Program-made: the position numbers and the translations under genes
Notes under the pieces: generated by a model
What the model was told of the DNA's origin: nothing
The model's input: the letters and a program-made list of their open reading frames with translations, nothing else
The model's database searches: none
Source of the DNA: Octopus vulgaris
Taxonomy: Eukaryota
Length of the DNA stretch: 64,000 nt
Assembly (NCBI GenBank): GCA_951406725.2
Contig: OX597815.1
Coordinates: forward strand, 31,744,001-31,808,000
Reading direction: 5' to 3'
In this document: piece by piece, positions 40,254 to 58,155 of the stretch
Position numbering within the stretch: position 1 is the first letter of the stretch
How the letters are laid out: every line of letters begins with the position of its first letter

Positions 40254-41046
40254 CCTTGTGCCAAAATTTAAAACCAATACAAATGACTTACCCACTCCTC
40301 CTGTAATCGTTGGCCTTTTGCCCAAACTGGAAAGAATTATTAGGCTCTGCAAACACTGCACATTACAGTGTTCAAAAAGAAAAACAAAGGCTCAAACTAA
40401 AATCCAATAATTATGGAAACCTGGATTCCATGTCCTGGTTAATGGTTGCTTCATCTTAACATTTCTCCCTTTTTTGTATTCTTACTATCTAAAATCCATG
40501 TTTACACTGAATCTATTGAAATAAGTTTTTCTTTTTCCCTTTTTTAAAAAAAGATTCTAGTTTAATGCTAAATTAATTTATTAATTAATATTAATTTCAT
40601 ATTTATAAAGAGGAACAAAAAAATATATGCAAAACATTAATGAATCTTATATTAAAGAAAATTATTTCATAAACTGTAGTTAAGAAGAAAATGAGGCAAG
40701 ATTTTGTAATGTTGTAAAACAAAAATGATAATAATAAATGCAATGAATGCCAACTGCTTCTATATGAAAACCATAAATCACCATTATTCCAACAATAGAG
40801 AATCTGTTAAAGAAGGCAAACTTCATGAGCTTGAATAGTTACAGAGCTATGAATTACTCTGGTGTCATATGTTACATGGGAAAAGTCATAAACCAATCAA
40901 AATCCTCATAACTATATAACCTGTTATCAGAATGAAGAAGCTCCAGATGAGCAATTTTTCATTTTCATTAATTTTAATACATACATACATACATACATAC
41001 ATACATACACATACATGCATGTATAGATATATACACACACACACAC

Positions 41047-41102
<56 letters not shown>

Positions 41103-41318
41103 ATTTCTGTTTTCCACATCTTTATTATTGTTGCTGAAAAATTTATGACTTGTGATTATAATTCTGTATACAAACACACAATTAGACACACACACTCACA
41201 CATATAAGCACATACACATGCACACATGCATACATAAATGAACATGTATATATGTACACATATGCATAAACATATACACATATGTGCACACTAAGATACA
41301 CATATACATATGCATACA

Positions 41319-41367
<49 letters not shown>

Positions 41368-42088
41368 GTATATATATGAAATTTATTCTCATACAATTGA
41401 GTAACCTATTAGAGTTATTACACACTGTAACATTTTAACCTTTCACTGACAAGTTATGAGTATGTATATGAATGGATATTTGCATACATGCTTGCATGCG
41501 TGAGTTTCTGCTTTCTATATCTGTGTATGTGAGAGTATGTTTTTGTCTGTGTGTGTGTGTATGTGAGTGTGTGCATCTCTATGTGAGTGAATGTATATGT
41601 GGTACAAGGAAATGAACAGATTATATTCTGCTTATATGAAGAATGAAATTTCTTGGCAACTGTTATTATGAGCTTAGAAGAAAGTTAAGTTGGAAAAAGA
41701 AGGTAAAAAAAAAAAGAAAATAACATATTGAAAAACTATCACCAAGAACTTGGATGTCTCATCATTCTGCTTAAAATAGTTCTTTTATTAAATAGATGTT
41801 TTATTCAAGAATAAAATTTCTGATTTTTAATGAATCTCAAGTGGTAAAAATTATTTTTATTAGACAAGGGGAAAACCCAATGATGATAATGAGCTCTTCT
41901 CACAATAGAATCAGGGAAAGATAATTCTGCCTCGACTTTTTTTTTCTCATTTTCTTTCTTTATGATCACAAGCATACACATATGCATATGCAAGGACACA
42001 CATGCATACATACACACACACACATGTGTGTGTGTGTATATATATTACATATATATTGTATATAAATGTGTTTTATATACACACACAC

Positions 42089-42126
<38 letters not shown>

Positions 42127-43066
42127 GCATATATATATATATATATATGTATGTGTATGCATATATATATTTATATATATATGTATATATATATGTATAT
42201 ATATTTATATGTATATATAAATATGTAGATATATGTATGTATGTGTATATATATATATTTATATGTACGCATATATATATATATGTATATATATTTATAT
42301 GTATATATATATGTATATTTAGATGTACAAATATACATATATATACAAATTACATACATGCACGTGCACAAATGTGTGTGTATCCGGGAGAGTGTGTATG
42401 TATGTGTGAGTGGTTTTTTTCACTTCCATTAACAATTTTAACAAACCAAGTTCATCCTGATTGGAACTGGAATGGGCAAATGTCAGAATAAGGTAAGGAA
42501 TAGGTAAAATAGCAACATAGAAAGAAAGGAAACAAAAAGCAAGTAATAGAAAAAATAAGGAAGAAATAAAGAAAGAAAAAAATGTAAGAAAATGAGGAAG
42601 GAAAGAATGTGAATAGAAACATTTCATCGAAAGTAAGGAATGAGAAAGAAATATAAGACAGTAAGAAAAGAAGGAATAAGGAAAGAGTTGAATGAATGAA
42701 GGAAGGAAAAGATGAAGAAATTTTTTATTGATACCCTTGTGACTTTTGAGTTAGAAATTATAGAACTAATCAATTAATCAATCAAACAGTTAAATATATG
42801 TTTCAGCAAGCTTCCAGTTTTTTTTGGTTTTTTTTCAATTTATTCTTGGTGTGCCTCATTAAATAATTAAAGTTAACTTTGCCAGACTTTTTACTGGCTT
42901 AAAAAAAATCATAATTTACTTTACTTCCACTGCCCTTGACACCACCACCACCACTACTAACATTGTCATCATCATCACTTTTCTTCCATAAACAACCCTG
43001 AAAAACCTATATGTCTGTCTATTTATCACACTTTCACTCCTTGTGTATATATATATATATATACAC

Positions 43067-43136
<70 letters not shown>

Positions 43137-43641
43137 AATCATCATTTAATATCTTAGGATTAAAATAAGCATTCTGCATCCTTGTTTATCATATGATACA
43201 ACTAAATGGATTGGCATCAAGTAAGTCATCTGGTCATAAAATACTGTCTCAATATTACTATATCTCTTTCTCTCTTTTTTTAATATTATCATCATGCATA
43301 TGGATGTATTGTATCATCTTCATTGATTTAGCATCCAATTTCCCATGCTTACTTGAAAAGGCTGGATTTCGTTGAGGCAGATTTTCTATGGGCAAATGCA
43401 CCTCCTCTCATTAACCTTCTTTTCCCAAATAAAGTATTATTTCCCCATGACAAGACATGTCTCTTCATGGAAGACTGGAAAAGAAGCACATTGCTTGATA
43501 TCAAGACAAGGCAACATGAACACACACACACACTTATATGACAGGCTTCTTTCAGCTTCAGTTTACCAAATCTATTCACAAGGCTTTGACCAGCCTAGGG
43601 CTGCAGAAGAAGACAACACTTGTCCAAGATTCCATACAGGG

Positions 43642-43679
<38 letters not shown>

Positions 43680-43861
43680 TTATTTATTTTATAGAAGGAG
43701 CTTCTACAGGACGAGAACTGTTTCATTCAAATGAAAAATATATATAATTTAACTTAAGGACATTCTAGCTAGTAAAAACTTTTCTATACATTCACTTGAG
43801 CTTCTTGAAGTACCACACAGACTCTTCCTCTCACAAACTTCAAATGTTGCTAAAATCGAAT

Positions 43862-44474
43862 AATCATCATCATCATTTAACAACTGCTTTCCATGCTAGC
43901 ATGGGTTGGACGTTTTGAAGAAGGACTGGTGAACCAGATGGCTGCACCAGGCTCCAATCTTGATCTGGCAGAGTTTCTACAGCTGGATGCCCTTCTTAAT
44001 ACCAACCACTCTGAGAGTGCAGTGGGTGCTTCTACATGCCACTGGCACAAGGGCCAGTCAGGCAGTACTGGCAATGGCCACACTCAAATGGTGTTTTTTA
44101 CAGGCCACCTGCACAAGAGCCAGTCCAGCAGCATTGGCAACGATCTCGCTCAAATGTTTTTTATGTGCCACCTGCACAAGTGCCAGTGAGGTGATGCTGG
44201 TAACAATCATGCTCGAATGGTGCTTATTATGTGCCATCGGCACGGAAGCCAGTTAGCTGCTCTGGCAATGATCATGCTCGGATGGTGCTCTTAGCACTCC
44301 ACTAGCACGGATGCCAGGCTTCTTTCAGTTTCCGTCTACCAAATCCACTCACAAGGCTTTGGTTGGCTTGAGGCTATAGTAGAAGACACTTGCCCAAGAT
44401 GCCACTCAGGGGGAATGAACCCAGAACCATGTGGTTGGTAAGGGAGCCACTTACCACACAGCCACTCCTGCACC
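43862..44474 (-). mobile_element. Composite SINE: family B head, ~4.5 x 64-bp internal repeats, family C tail ending in (GAT)n
   Basis: 44317-44474 is the B head; 44027-44317 are tandem units; 43862-44026 matches 49355-49520 and 53677-53850. Confidence 0.88.
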
Positions 44475-45541
44475 TGTACAATGACCCCTGTTCTGAACCA
44501 GCTAGCTGTTGCATGCTTTCCCCATCCACTCTTAAGTCATTCCTCTTCCCATCACTCTTTCAGTGTCCTAGCTTCCAGGATTTACACAAAACTTTCAACC
44601 AGATTTCCCTTCCTTTGGCTTTCTCATTGTGTCTCTGCTACAAAAATTGACCCAAATATATTCAGGCTGAACACCAACCACATTAATTTCACAAGCCTAT
44701 GACAGCTATGGACAAAGGTTATTGACATCATTTCTCCTCCCTTGACTAACTTATAGCAAAATACACTAATGACAGGAGGACTTTAGAATGTGAAGCTGAT
44801 TAAAACCTGAAGTTTGACATCAAACTGACACTGCAAATATTCAAATATGTCGTGTGTGTTACTACCAAACAATCAGTGATCAACCTCCAAGCTTCAGGTT
44901 TTTTGGTTCCCAGATATTCAACTAATTACTAACCAACATACATTGTTCTCAGAAACATTTGTAATACTTGTAACACAATAAGTAGCTTTAAAGAATAATG
45001 TTCAGATGGTCACATTAAAAGCATTATTTGTGTTAGCAGCATTAGCTAAAATATTAATTACTACTACTACTGCAACAACTACTACTATTTCTACTACTAC
45101 TACTATTACTACTGCCAGTAGTAGTAGTAGTAGTAGTAGTTCCACCAATATCACCAGAGTTCTACAACTTCTTTTTCAACTCTTCTACTATTGCATCTGT
45201 TACTTCTACTACTGCTACTAATATCTTTACAAAAAAAACATTAAAGATGAAATTAATTATTACTGTTATTAACCTTTTTTCCTTTTTTGGTACTGTTGCG
45301 GTTGTTGTTGTTGTTACTGCTGCTGCCGCTGTATTTGCATTTGTCATGTTTATTTATATTTTCATCTTTGTCAGTCTCCCATGTCAAAGAAACATGTTTG
45401 CTTCCATTAACATGACCAAAGTAACAAAAATTGAAATAATAATATAAAATAAAGAAATAAATAGAAAAAAAAACACTAAAATTAATCATTTATATGTATG
45501 TGTGCATATATATATATGTGTGTGTTGGTGCATGTGTATTG

Positions 45542-45579
<38 letters not shown>

Positions 45580-47689
45580 GGAGACAGTATGAGAAAGAAA
45601 GAGTTGTATCTGGCCTGGAATGAAATAGAATCTGTTAAGGACGGGGAAAATATTTGACTGAAATTTTCTCAGTAGGTGTCCTGCTACATAGCAGAATGGT
45701 TATTTACTTTAAGACTTTAACACTGAGTGTGTTACCAAAGATAATGAAGACTTTGGTATCAGATGGTTGACTTTTAAAGAATTTCTGTTGCTTTTAGTCT
45801 TCCTTACTTTTTATTTATTTTAATTTGACTTATTTAATTTTATTTGTTTATTATGTTATATATTTATTTATTTGTAAAATATTGGTCTTAGAAATTAGAG
45901 TAAGTTTTTTTTTTCTTTTTTTTTTACCTCCTTAGGGAAATATCTATTCATACTCAAAAAGCTATTCAGAACTTTTACGAAAGGCTGGATAAAGAAAAAA
46001 AAACAGCTTATGTTTAGTGAACCAAATTATGTCTTCTTTTGTTAGATTTCAAGATGTTCCCTAAAGATTAGTATCCAAAACAACCTATTTTATATTTATA
46101 TAATACTTAGATTGCTGTTTGAAATAAAAAGAGAAAGAAAGAAATAAAAACCTGATGTTTAATCTTAAAAATCTGTTTACAAAATGAGTTTCTCTGCCAA
46201 GCAGATCTGTTTTGGACACAATATTTTGAAATATAATGTTTTTATTACAGAGAAAACAAGTATTTCAATTTCATGAGTTTTGTTAGAATTTCTTTTGTTC
46301 TCATTGTAGCAGTAAATCAGAAAGAAGAAAGAAAAATTTTGTTTGTTGATTATTTTCGTTTTAGTCTGTCCTGGTTCTGTACATTATGGTCAAGTAAAAC
46401 AATACTAAGGGACAGGAATAGTTAATTGGACAATTAAGTGCTAAATTACAAATTCGTTAGAAACTATACAGCTTTTGCACTCTTTTGACTGACGTCGTAG
46501 ATCATTAATATAAATAAGTTCACCTTTATAAGGATGACAGGATAATATAGCTGCAGAAAAAATAATATCATTCTGAGAAACCGTTAATTTATTAATTATA
46601 TAGTCTTAATTAACTCTTGTCATTGAGTTATACTTTAGAACCACAATCCACTGTTCAAAAGTTTCGTTCTTGATTCATCATCTTATGGCTTCAATTACTG
46701 TGTTATCTTTGACACCTTTTAAGCCTAATTTAGCCACAGTTACATATAATTTGTTTCAAGTAGAAGATCCCACTGATTAACAATGACCTTAACTTTTGAT
46801 GTCGTTGACTTTGGAATCATTATCCTGCTGTTCAAATTCTTTGTCATTTGAGCCACCGTCTTATGATTCTTGTCTTGTGCTTACAGTTGTGATACAGCAT
46901 CTTATTGAAACAATTGACTCTTACATTCATCTGTTTCATTCAAAGTGTTTGGTAGTGGGGAGCAAGGGCGAAGCGAAGAGAGATTACCGTCAGATGAAAT
47001 AACAAAGATCTGAAACTGAAATAATAGCTAGCTCCCCTATGTAAAACATGTTTTCTCCATTCACTGATTAATCCAACTAACTAATGACATGGTTACATTG
47101 TTAAGGACAGTATCGCAATATATCTAAGTAGAGGAAGTAAGCGAGGTTAGTTCCAGTTGATCAGTCACCCATCATATTCCTTTAATTAACTACATTGCTA
47201 AATTAATAAGGAAAGTGTTGTTATGTATTGAAATTGAAGAATCAATGTGAATCAAATCCAGTTAGTTTCTGATTTATCATATCATTCCATCAGTAGATTC
47301 ATCATTGGGAAGCAGGGTTGAATAAAAGCAATCTTCTAATGAGCCAAGAAATAAATCATTAGGTTGGTTGCACTTGAAAAGTTTGCCTAGGCTAATTAAG
47401 TGAATTTTCAATTCGTTTCACTGGTCTCTCTTTCAGTACATTTTTTCCAAATTCTCATGGGTTGGTAAATCTTTAAGTTCAAAAATGTTGCACGGCCTCA
47501 GTTCAGAAGGGGAGATGAAAAGATATGGCTTTGTGTGATTACCAGTTTTCTCTTAAATGTATTCACCAATATGAATGAAGTGAAATAATTACAACTAGGA
47601 AGTGAAACAGTGCATTCAGATTATTGATATTGATGCACTTGGTTAAGATAGTACTTTTTACAAATAAATACAATGAAAAAACTTTAATT

Positions 47690-48110
47690 GGCACAGGTGT
47701 CACTGTGTAATAAAACGTTTGCTTCCCAACCACAGGGTTCTGGGTTCAATCCCACTACATGACACCTTCAATAACCTTAGACTGACCAAAGCCTTGTGAG
47801 TGGCTTTGATAGATGGAAACTGAAAGAAGTCCAGCATATACGTGTGTGTTTGTGCATGTGTGTGTGTATATTTATGTGTGTGTGTGTCTTTGTTTGTCGC
47901 CCCCCACCCACCCACCATCACTGGATAAATGATGTCGGTGTGTTTACGTACCTGTAACTTAGCAGTTCAGCAAAAGAGACTGATAGAATAAGCACTAGGC
48001 TTAGAAAGAATACGTCCCGGGGCAGATTTCCTCAACTAATACCCTTTAAGGTGGTGCTCCAGCATGGCTAAAGTCAAATGACTGAAACAAGTAAAAGAAT
48101 AAAAGAATAA
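47690..48110 (+). mobile_element. SINE family B, near full length
   Basis: Aligns with 9612-10020 apart from one deletion in the head. Confidence 0.88.
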
Positions 48111-49065
48111 TGACGATGACAATGATGATGACAACAATGATGATGATGGCAATGACGCTGAAATGCGATTGTTTAGAGCATTATTATGAAGCTTTAAAGA
48201 ACAAAAAAAAAAAATAATAAAAAGGAAAAAAATTTCAGGAAACAAATTAAGAAAAAGAAATTCCTTTCTTGAGTAACCTATAAACTGGACAAGTCAAGCC
48301 AGTTGCTGTTTAAATAAGATGATCCCAATCTGAAGCATTCCATAACAGTTTCAAATTTTATGAGGTCAAGTAAGTGACAGGAAATAATTGATTGAGCAAT
48401 AAAGCTTGCAGTAGTAAGGGGCTAGGTGGGGGGGAGGGTTTGCAAATTGAGTGAACTCAATCTATCAACTGTAATGTTTTAATGAAGCTATTCCAAAATA
48501 ACTTTGGAAAGAAGAAGGAAACAAGAAGATTGAAATAGTATTTACCCTCACACTTGACATCATCCCTATTAATTGTTTTGGTTATTTTGCTCTATTTTAT
48601 TTCTTCGTCTTTCTTTCTGTCTTTCTTTCTTTCTTTCTTTCTTTTTTTTATTTTTCACACTTTGCATCAATACATACTTGCAACCACATACAGAACACTA
48701 CACCACTCACATGCTTGTTGCCCTTACACACACACATACATTCGCTTTGGATATGGTAATGATGGTTAGGATGGGGGTCAGTGTGTTAACTCTCATTAAT
48801 CTAATCTTCAATGAGGTCTGATATTAAAACCAGTTCTTGAACTAATCCTACCCACATGTCCACCCTAACTATTGCCTACTGAAACCATTTGTTTAAGTTC
48901 CCCCACCATACATACACACACATATGCCCCTCACAACCTTCAACCATCATTCTCTCAACTTCACCCTCAACAGCCCAAACTCCTTTCCTTGATCTATTTC
49001 CAAGGATGGCTATTTAGTTAGTCATTAAAGAATACTTTGCAGCACAATTCCTTATTAATAGTATA

Positions 49066-49525
49066 GGTGCAGGCATGGCTGAGTGGTTAAGGAGCTTGCT
49101 TTGCAACCATATGGTTTTTGGTTCAGTTCCACTGTGTGGCACTTTGGGCAAGTCTCTTCTGTTGCACCTGCAGGCTGACCAATGCCTTGTTAGTGAATTT
49201 GGAAAACAGAAACTGTTTGCCAGTCCATCAAGTATATATATGAATGTATATGTATGGCTCCTGTGCAGGTGGCACATAAAAAGCAACATTTGAGCATGGC
49301 TGCTGCCAGTACCACCTGACTGGCCCTCGTGCCGGTGGCACGTAAAAAGCACCCACTACACTCTCGGAGTGGTTGGCGTTAGGAAGGGCATCAAGCTGTA
49401 GAAACTCTGCCAGATCAAGATTGGAGCCTGATGCAGCCATCTGGTTCGCCAGCCCCCAGTCAAAATCGTCCAACCCATGCTAGCATGGAAAGCGGACGTT
49501 AAACGACAGATGATGATGATGATGT
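49066..49525 (+). mobile_element. Composite SINE: family B head plus family C body and tail
   Basis: Same organisation as 43862-44474 with fewer internal repeat units; ends aacccatgctagcatggaaagcggacgttaaacgaca(gat)n. Confidence 0.85.
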
Positions 49526-49671
49526 GATGGTGATGGTGATGGTGATGATGATGATGATTATCATTATCATTATTATGATGTTTTTTCCTTTTTTCTTCAA
49601 ATTTTCTTCCGTTTCTCGCCGAGTGTTTTCCATACACCTAGGGCAGAGAAGGGCTATTATTATTATTATTA

Positions 49672-49706
<35 letters not shown>

Positions 49707-50179
49707 GACGATGATGATGATGATGATGATGATTATTATTATTATTATTATTATTTGACAGAATAAGCTGAATGTGTAAGGGTTGTTCAGAGACTGAACA
49801 TTGAGCTGAACAAAAAACAAACCACCACGAGATAGCTTTTTTTTTTTTTTTCATAAAATTATTCCTTGTTTAGATTGAATAGGTTGAATTATCTTGTTGA
49901 CACTAGTTTGAAAAGAAGTGTCAGAAAGATAAAAAAAAAATATTTAATAAAATGAGATAAAATACCTTTCTTGTCTTTACATCTCTTCCATCTATTATTT
50001 ATTTATTCTCATTAAACCCACCTTGAGTTTATTTGAAGTCTTGAAATTTAATATTTTTAGTCATCTTTTTATCACAACCACCAACAACACAACGACCATC
50101 ATCATCATCAGCAGCAGCAGTAGTAATAGTGACAGCAGTAGCAGCAGCAGCATTAATGTATAAGCTTTCTTTTTAAGTG

Positions 50180-53285
<3,106 letters not shown>

Positions 53286-53289
53286 GCAC

Positions 53290-53638
53290 AAGTGTAGGGG
53301 TGGCAATGTAATAAGAAATTTGTTTATCAACCACATGGTTCTGAGTTCAGTGTCACTGTGCGGAATCTACCATAGACCTGAGTTGATCAAAGACTTGTGA
53401 GTGGAAGCTCCTTGTGTGTGTGTATGTGTGTCCACAACTGCTTAATAATTGGTGTTGGTTTGTTCATGTCCCCGTAACTTAGCAGTTCAGCAAAAGACAC
53501 CGGTAGAATATGTTCCAGGCTTAAAAAGGAAATAAATACTGCGATGGTGGTGGGGGTCAATCTGTTTGACTAAAACCCTTCAAGGCAGTGCCCCAGCATG
53601 GCCATAGTCCAATGACTGAAACAAGTTAAAGATAAAAA
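53290..53638 (+). mobile_element. SINE family B, decayed
   Basis: caaccacatggttctg head, cgtaacttagcagttc body, gccccagcatggcc..gactgaaac tail. Confidence 0.82.
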
Positions 53639-53676
53639 ATAGTATATACATATATACACATATATATATATATATC

Positions 53677-53878
53677 ATTATCATCATCATCATCATTTAA
53701 CGTCCGTTTTCCATGCTAGCATGGGTTGGACGATTTTGACTGAGGGCTGGTGAACCAGATGGCTGTACCAGGCTCCAATCTTGATTTGGCAGAGTTTCTA
53801 CAGCTGGATGCCCTTCCTAATGCCAACCACTCCGAGAGTTTAGTGGGTGCTTTTTACTAGCCACCAGCACGGGGGTGC
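53677..53878 (-). mobile_element. SINE family C, 5'-truncated
   Basis: Near-identical reverse complement of 49330-49520; related decayed copies near 5990-6200, 24260-24560, 43330-43530, 53955-54190, 55040-55220, 58490-58760 and 59350-59465. Confidence 0.88.
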
Positions 53879-53902
53879 CAATGATGATGATGATGATCAA
53901 TC

Positions 53903-53937
<35 letters not shown>

Positions 53938-55349
53938 GTAGATATATAGCTTGATCATCATCACCATTTAACATCCATTTTTTTTATGCTCATATGGCTC
54001 GGATAGAGTGCGTTGAGGCAGATATTTTATGGCCAGATGCCCTTCCTGTCCCCAACCTATACTTGTTTTCAAGCAAGGTAATATTTACCCCTTAACTGAG
54101 TTGTTTCCATGGAAAATTCAAACCATGTGCATCTGTGACAGTGACAGTGACATTTATATGCAACCATTATACTATGTCAAGATAAGTGGGGAGGGCAAAC
54201 ACACATGATTATGTGTGTGTGTGTATGTCTGTGTGTGTATGTCTGTGTGTGTCTGTATGTCTCTGTGTGTGTGTGTGTGTGTGTAAATATATAGTGGGTT
54301 TGTGTTGGTGGATTTGCTCCCTACACACAACACACAATATGAAAATGTAAGAGAACATCTTTTTCCACTTCTGTTGAGATTCAACTTTAAAATGTTTTTT
54401 AATTATACTAATTAATTTCTAAAGCCTTGAATTGAAACAGCTGTCAGAGATAGTGTCCAATTTTCTAATTGATAATTATTAATTAAATTATCTCTATTTT
54501 CTTATTTTCTTTGATATGTATATATGTATATATATATATAAAATGTAACATTGTAGATGTGCTTTTATGCATGCCTGTAGGTATAGTAGTACGTGTATGT
54601 TCATGTATATGCATGTGTGCCTGCATATGTCTGTATGTACATATACACATATGAGTGAGGTGTACTTGTGTATTAGTGTATGTGGCTGTGTGTTTGTGTC
54701 TCAACACACACATATACTTACATACACTCATTCATTTGTACATATATATATAATATATAAGTATCCAATTATGCATTTATGTTCAAGAGCATTAATTTCA
54801 TTATGTCTCCAACAATTCTGATTGAATGTGTGCACCATTCCATTTACCGCTTGACTTTTGGTTTTGATGATATGTCTGATATTTGGTGTCTCCAGTGTAG
54901 GTTGATACGGTTCTTTAGATCTTCAGCCTGAGGTTAATAGTAAGGCCAACGTTTAGATAGGTTGCATTGCTCTTCTGCATATCAGTCAGCTTCTGAAGTA
55001 TATATTGAAGATACCCCTAGCATGCATAAATATATAAACACATCATCATCATTGTTTAGCATCCACTTTCCATGTTGGCATGGATTAGATGGTCTGACTG
55101 GAACTGGTAGGTTGGAGAACTGCAGCGGGTTCCAGTCTGATTTTGGCTTGGTTTCTACGACTGGATGCCCTTCCTAATGCCAACTACACCGTGTATGGGC
55201 GCCCTTTGCATGTCACCAGCACATATATATTAAATGTATAATATATAGGCATAGGAGTGGCTGTGTGATAAGTAGCTTGCTTACGAACGACATGACATGG
55301 TTCCGGTTTCAGTCCCACCGCGTGGCACCTTGGGCAAGTGCCTTCTACT

Positions 55350-55562
55350 ATATAATTTAGTGGGAATAGGGAAGTTGATTGCATTGAGCCCCTACCCCAC
55401 CCCCACCCTCTGGCACGACTTGAATGTTACTTTATTTCACTGACTCTGGAGGAATGTAAAGTAAAGTCCACCCTGGCTGAATTTGAACTCAGAATGTCAA
55501 GAGACACAAAATTTCAGTGGTATTTTTGCCTGGCATGCTAACAACTCTGCCAGTTCACTGCC

Positions 55563-55565
<3 letters not shown>
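55350..55565 (-). mobile_element. SINE family A, decayed, followed by (AAT)n at 55565-55652
   Basis: gaatttgaactcagaatg..ttttgcctggcatgctaac..tctgccagttcactgcctt. Confidence 0.72.
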
Positions 55566-55652
<87 letters not shown>

Positions 55653-56888
55653 TATGACAAATACCATCAAATGTCAACAATTAAATTTAAAATGTGAAAA
55701 CCTGTAAAGCAACTTATATTAATTTTGATGAGGAGACTGAAGGGAACTTGGTGGTGATGGTGGTAGTAGTGGTGGTGTTGGTGATGGTTGTCTTGTTGAT
55801 GATGATAATGATGATCCTTCTACCCATCATCATCATCATCATAGTCACGATGCTGATAACAATGAAGAAGATAATGTTGATGATGGCTTGAATGATACTA
55901 ACAGAATGATGGTGACGGTGGGTGGTGGTGTTCTGATGACAACGATGATGATGATGATGATGATGAAGAAGAAGAGGAAATAATAAAATTAAAATTAGCA
56001 ATGTATTTTCTCCACTCGGTTACTGTTTTTGTTTAGACTGTCGCTCTCCAAAACAAAACACCCCCCCCAACCGACAACATGTTTGTGTAATTTACTTACG
56101 TATTTATTTATTTATCTATCAAACTATCTAACGATTGTGTGTGTGTGTGTGTGTCTAGTAATGATCCAACATTGCAGTTTGGCAAACCACTCCACTGACA
56201 TTTAATAAACCTGCTGTGTGTCACAAGGGGGCAGGCAGTAGTTGTAGGTTGAAGAAGAGTTGTGGCGATGGTGATGGTGATGGTGACGGTGGTAGTGGTA
56301 CGTGGTGGCATCCTGACTAGACAAGCTAGGACCAGATCTACACCCCGTTCATCCCCCACCCCCGCACACACCACAACCCCCCCCCCCGCTGCCCTTATTT
56401 ATCTATTTATTTTAATTTAACTATGGAGATAGAATGAAAGGCTAAACTCTCTCTCTCTCAATCCCCCATCTCTTATTCTCCTCTCTCTCTTATTCATTCC
56501 CCTTCGCTATCTTATTCTCCCTCTCTCTCTTACTCATCCCTCCCTCTTATCCTCTCTTACCCCCCCCTCTCTCTCTCTGTTTTCACTACATTCTGCTATT
56601 TTCAACACCCTTCACCACAACCCACCAGATTGCTAATGCAACAAAGGTGCTCTTCATGGTTGCCCGATCTGCTAGACATTGTAACCAAATCAACCTCAAA
56701 CTACACTCTACCATTAGATAATATAATCCTATATCTTTCTTTTTCAAAACAGCAATGATAGTCATGGCTGGAATACCTTGGATATTATTATAAGCCTGTT
56801 TAATTAGAGTTGACCTTTTCTTAATAATTATTTGACTTATTCCACTTGGTTCTTATTTTGTCAGGTTTTGATATTTTCTATCTTTTGA

Positions 56889-57065
56889 ACTGGCAGAGTT
56901 GTTAGCATGCTGGGCAAAATGTTTGGTACCATTTTCTCCGTCTTTATGTTCTAAGTTCAAATTCCACCAAGATCGACTTTTCCTTTCATCCTTTTGGGGT
57001 CGATAAATTAAGTACCAGTGAAACACTGGGCCCAGTGTAATCAACTAGTCTCCTCCCGCCAAATT
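56889..57065 (+). mobile_element. SINE family A
   Basis: ctggcagagttgttagcatgctgggcaaaatg..cctttcatccttttggggtcgataaattaagtaccag. Confidence 0.85.
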
Positions 57066-58155
57066 CTAGTTCTACATCAAAGATGGGCATCAAAAGAGGA
57101 GGAGGTGGATAGTGACCTTTGTATTTGTGTTAAATATGCAAATGAGTATTGTATGGTATAATATAGTTTTAAAATGAAGACATGTGGTGTAATACAGTAT
57201 AATATTGGTATAGTAAAATGTAGAAATGCAAGTAGCATTTCTATATAATAACAGCTGATATTTATGTTGGCTGGTTGATTGGTTGATTTTGCCGGTCATG
57301 GTTTAGGGGGAGATAAAGAGTAAGTAAAAGAGAGTTATAGAGAGAGTTAAAATATTAGGTGCAGAATGAATGTACATATTAGGTTTGGTTACAGGCAATG
57401 AGTAATGGAATACTCTACACACACCTACACATGCATAGAATAAGAGAGACACACTCCTATATTATGGAAATAATGAGTTCTTGAAAATCTTGCTGTAATG
57501 TAAAATTCTGTAACAGGAAATTAATTTTCTCATTTTCTTTCATATTATAATTTGAGAATGCATATTCATTTATTCATTTTGATAAATATTTTCATTTTGA
57601 AATTAGTTTTCATTTCATCTTTTTGTATCAAAAACCAAGAAATCTGATATAAGTTAAATGATAATTATTATATATATACCATATTTCCTGATATTACCCA
57701 GGGTGACAAAGTATAGATTTCCAAAGTTTCTTGTCATGTGATGGCTAACACTCTATGGTAGTGAAAACATATGGTGTATTGCAGTATATAGTCATGCAGT
57801 GTATTGCTTACATGGGATCTGATATTACAACCACGCTTGAAGTAGATGTGGATTTATAGTTCAACGACAACATATTCGAGTGCACCAAATATCAATATAC
57901 ATATGTTAAACAACAACCACTTAAACGCACGCACACACACACACACACACAAATGCACATACTCACACATACACATAGGCATGCTCACACAGGCGCTCAC
58001 ACACCACACACACACAGTTGAGGAATATTTTTTCCTTTTTGGTATAAAAAAATGAATATGTAAACAAACATATATGTATGTCATCATATCATCATCACCA
58101 TCATTATCACTATCATCATTATCATTCCAATGGCTACTTTCACATGCTTATAGTG

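Noticed and set aside
44027-44317. CRISPR-like repeat-spacer appearance
   Set aside because: Eukaryotic SINE-internal tandem repeat; the spacers are homologous to one another and no cas genes are present.
46740-46885. Minus-strand peptide QDKNHKTVAQMTKNLNSR, vaguely like a Tc1 transposase segment
   Set aside because: Short weak similarity, no DDE motif and no TIRs found.
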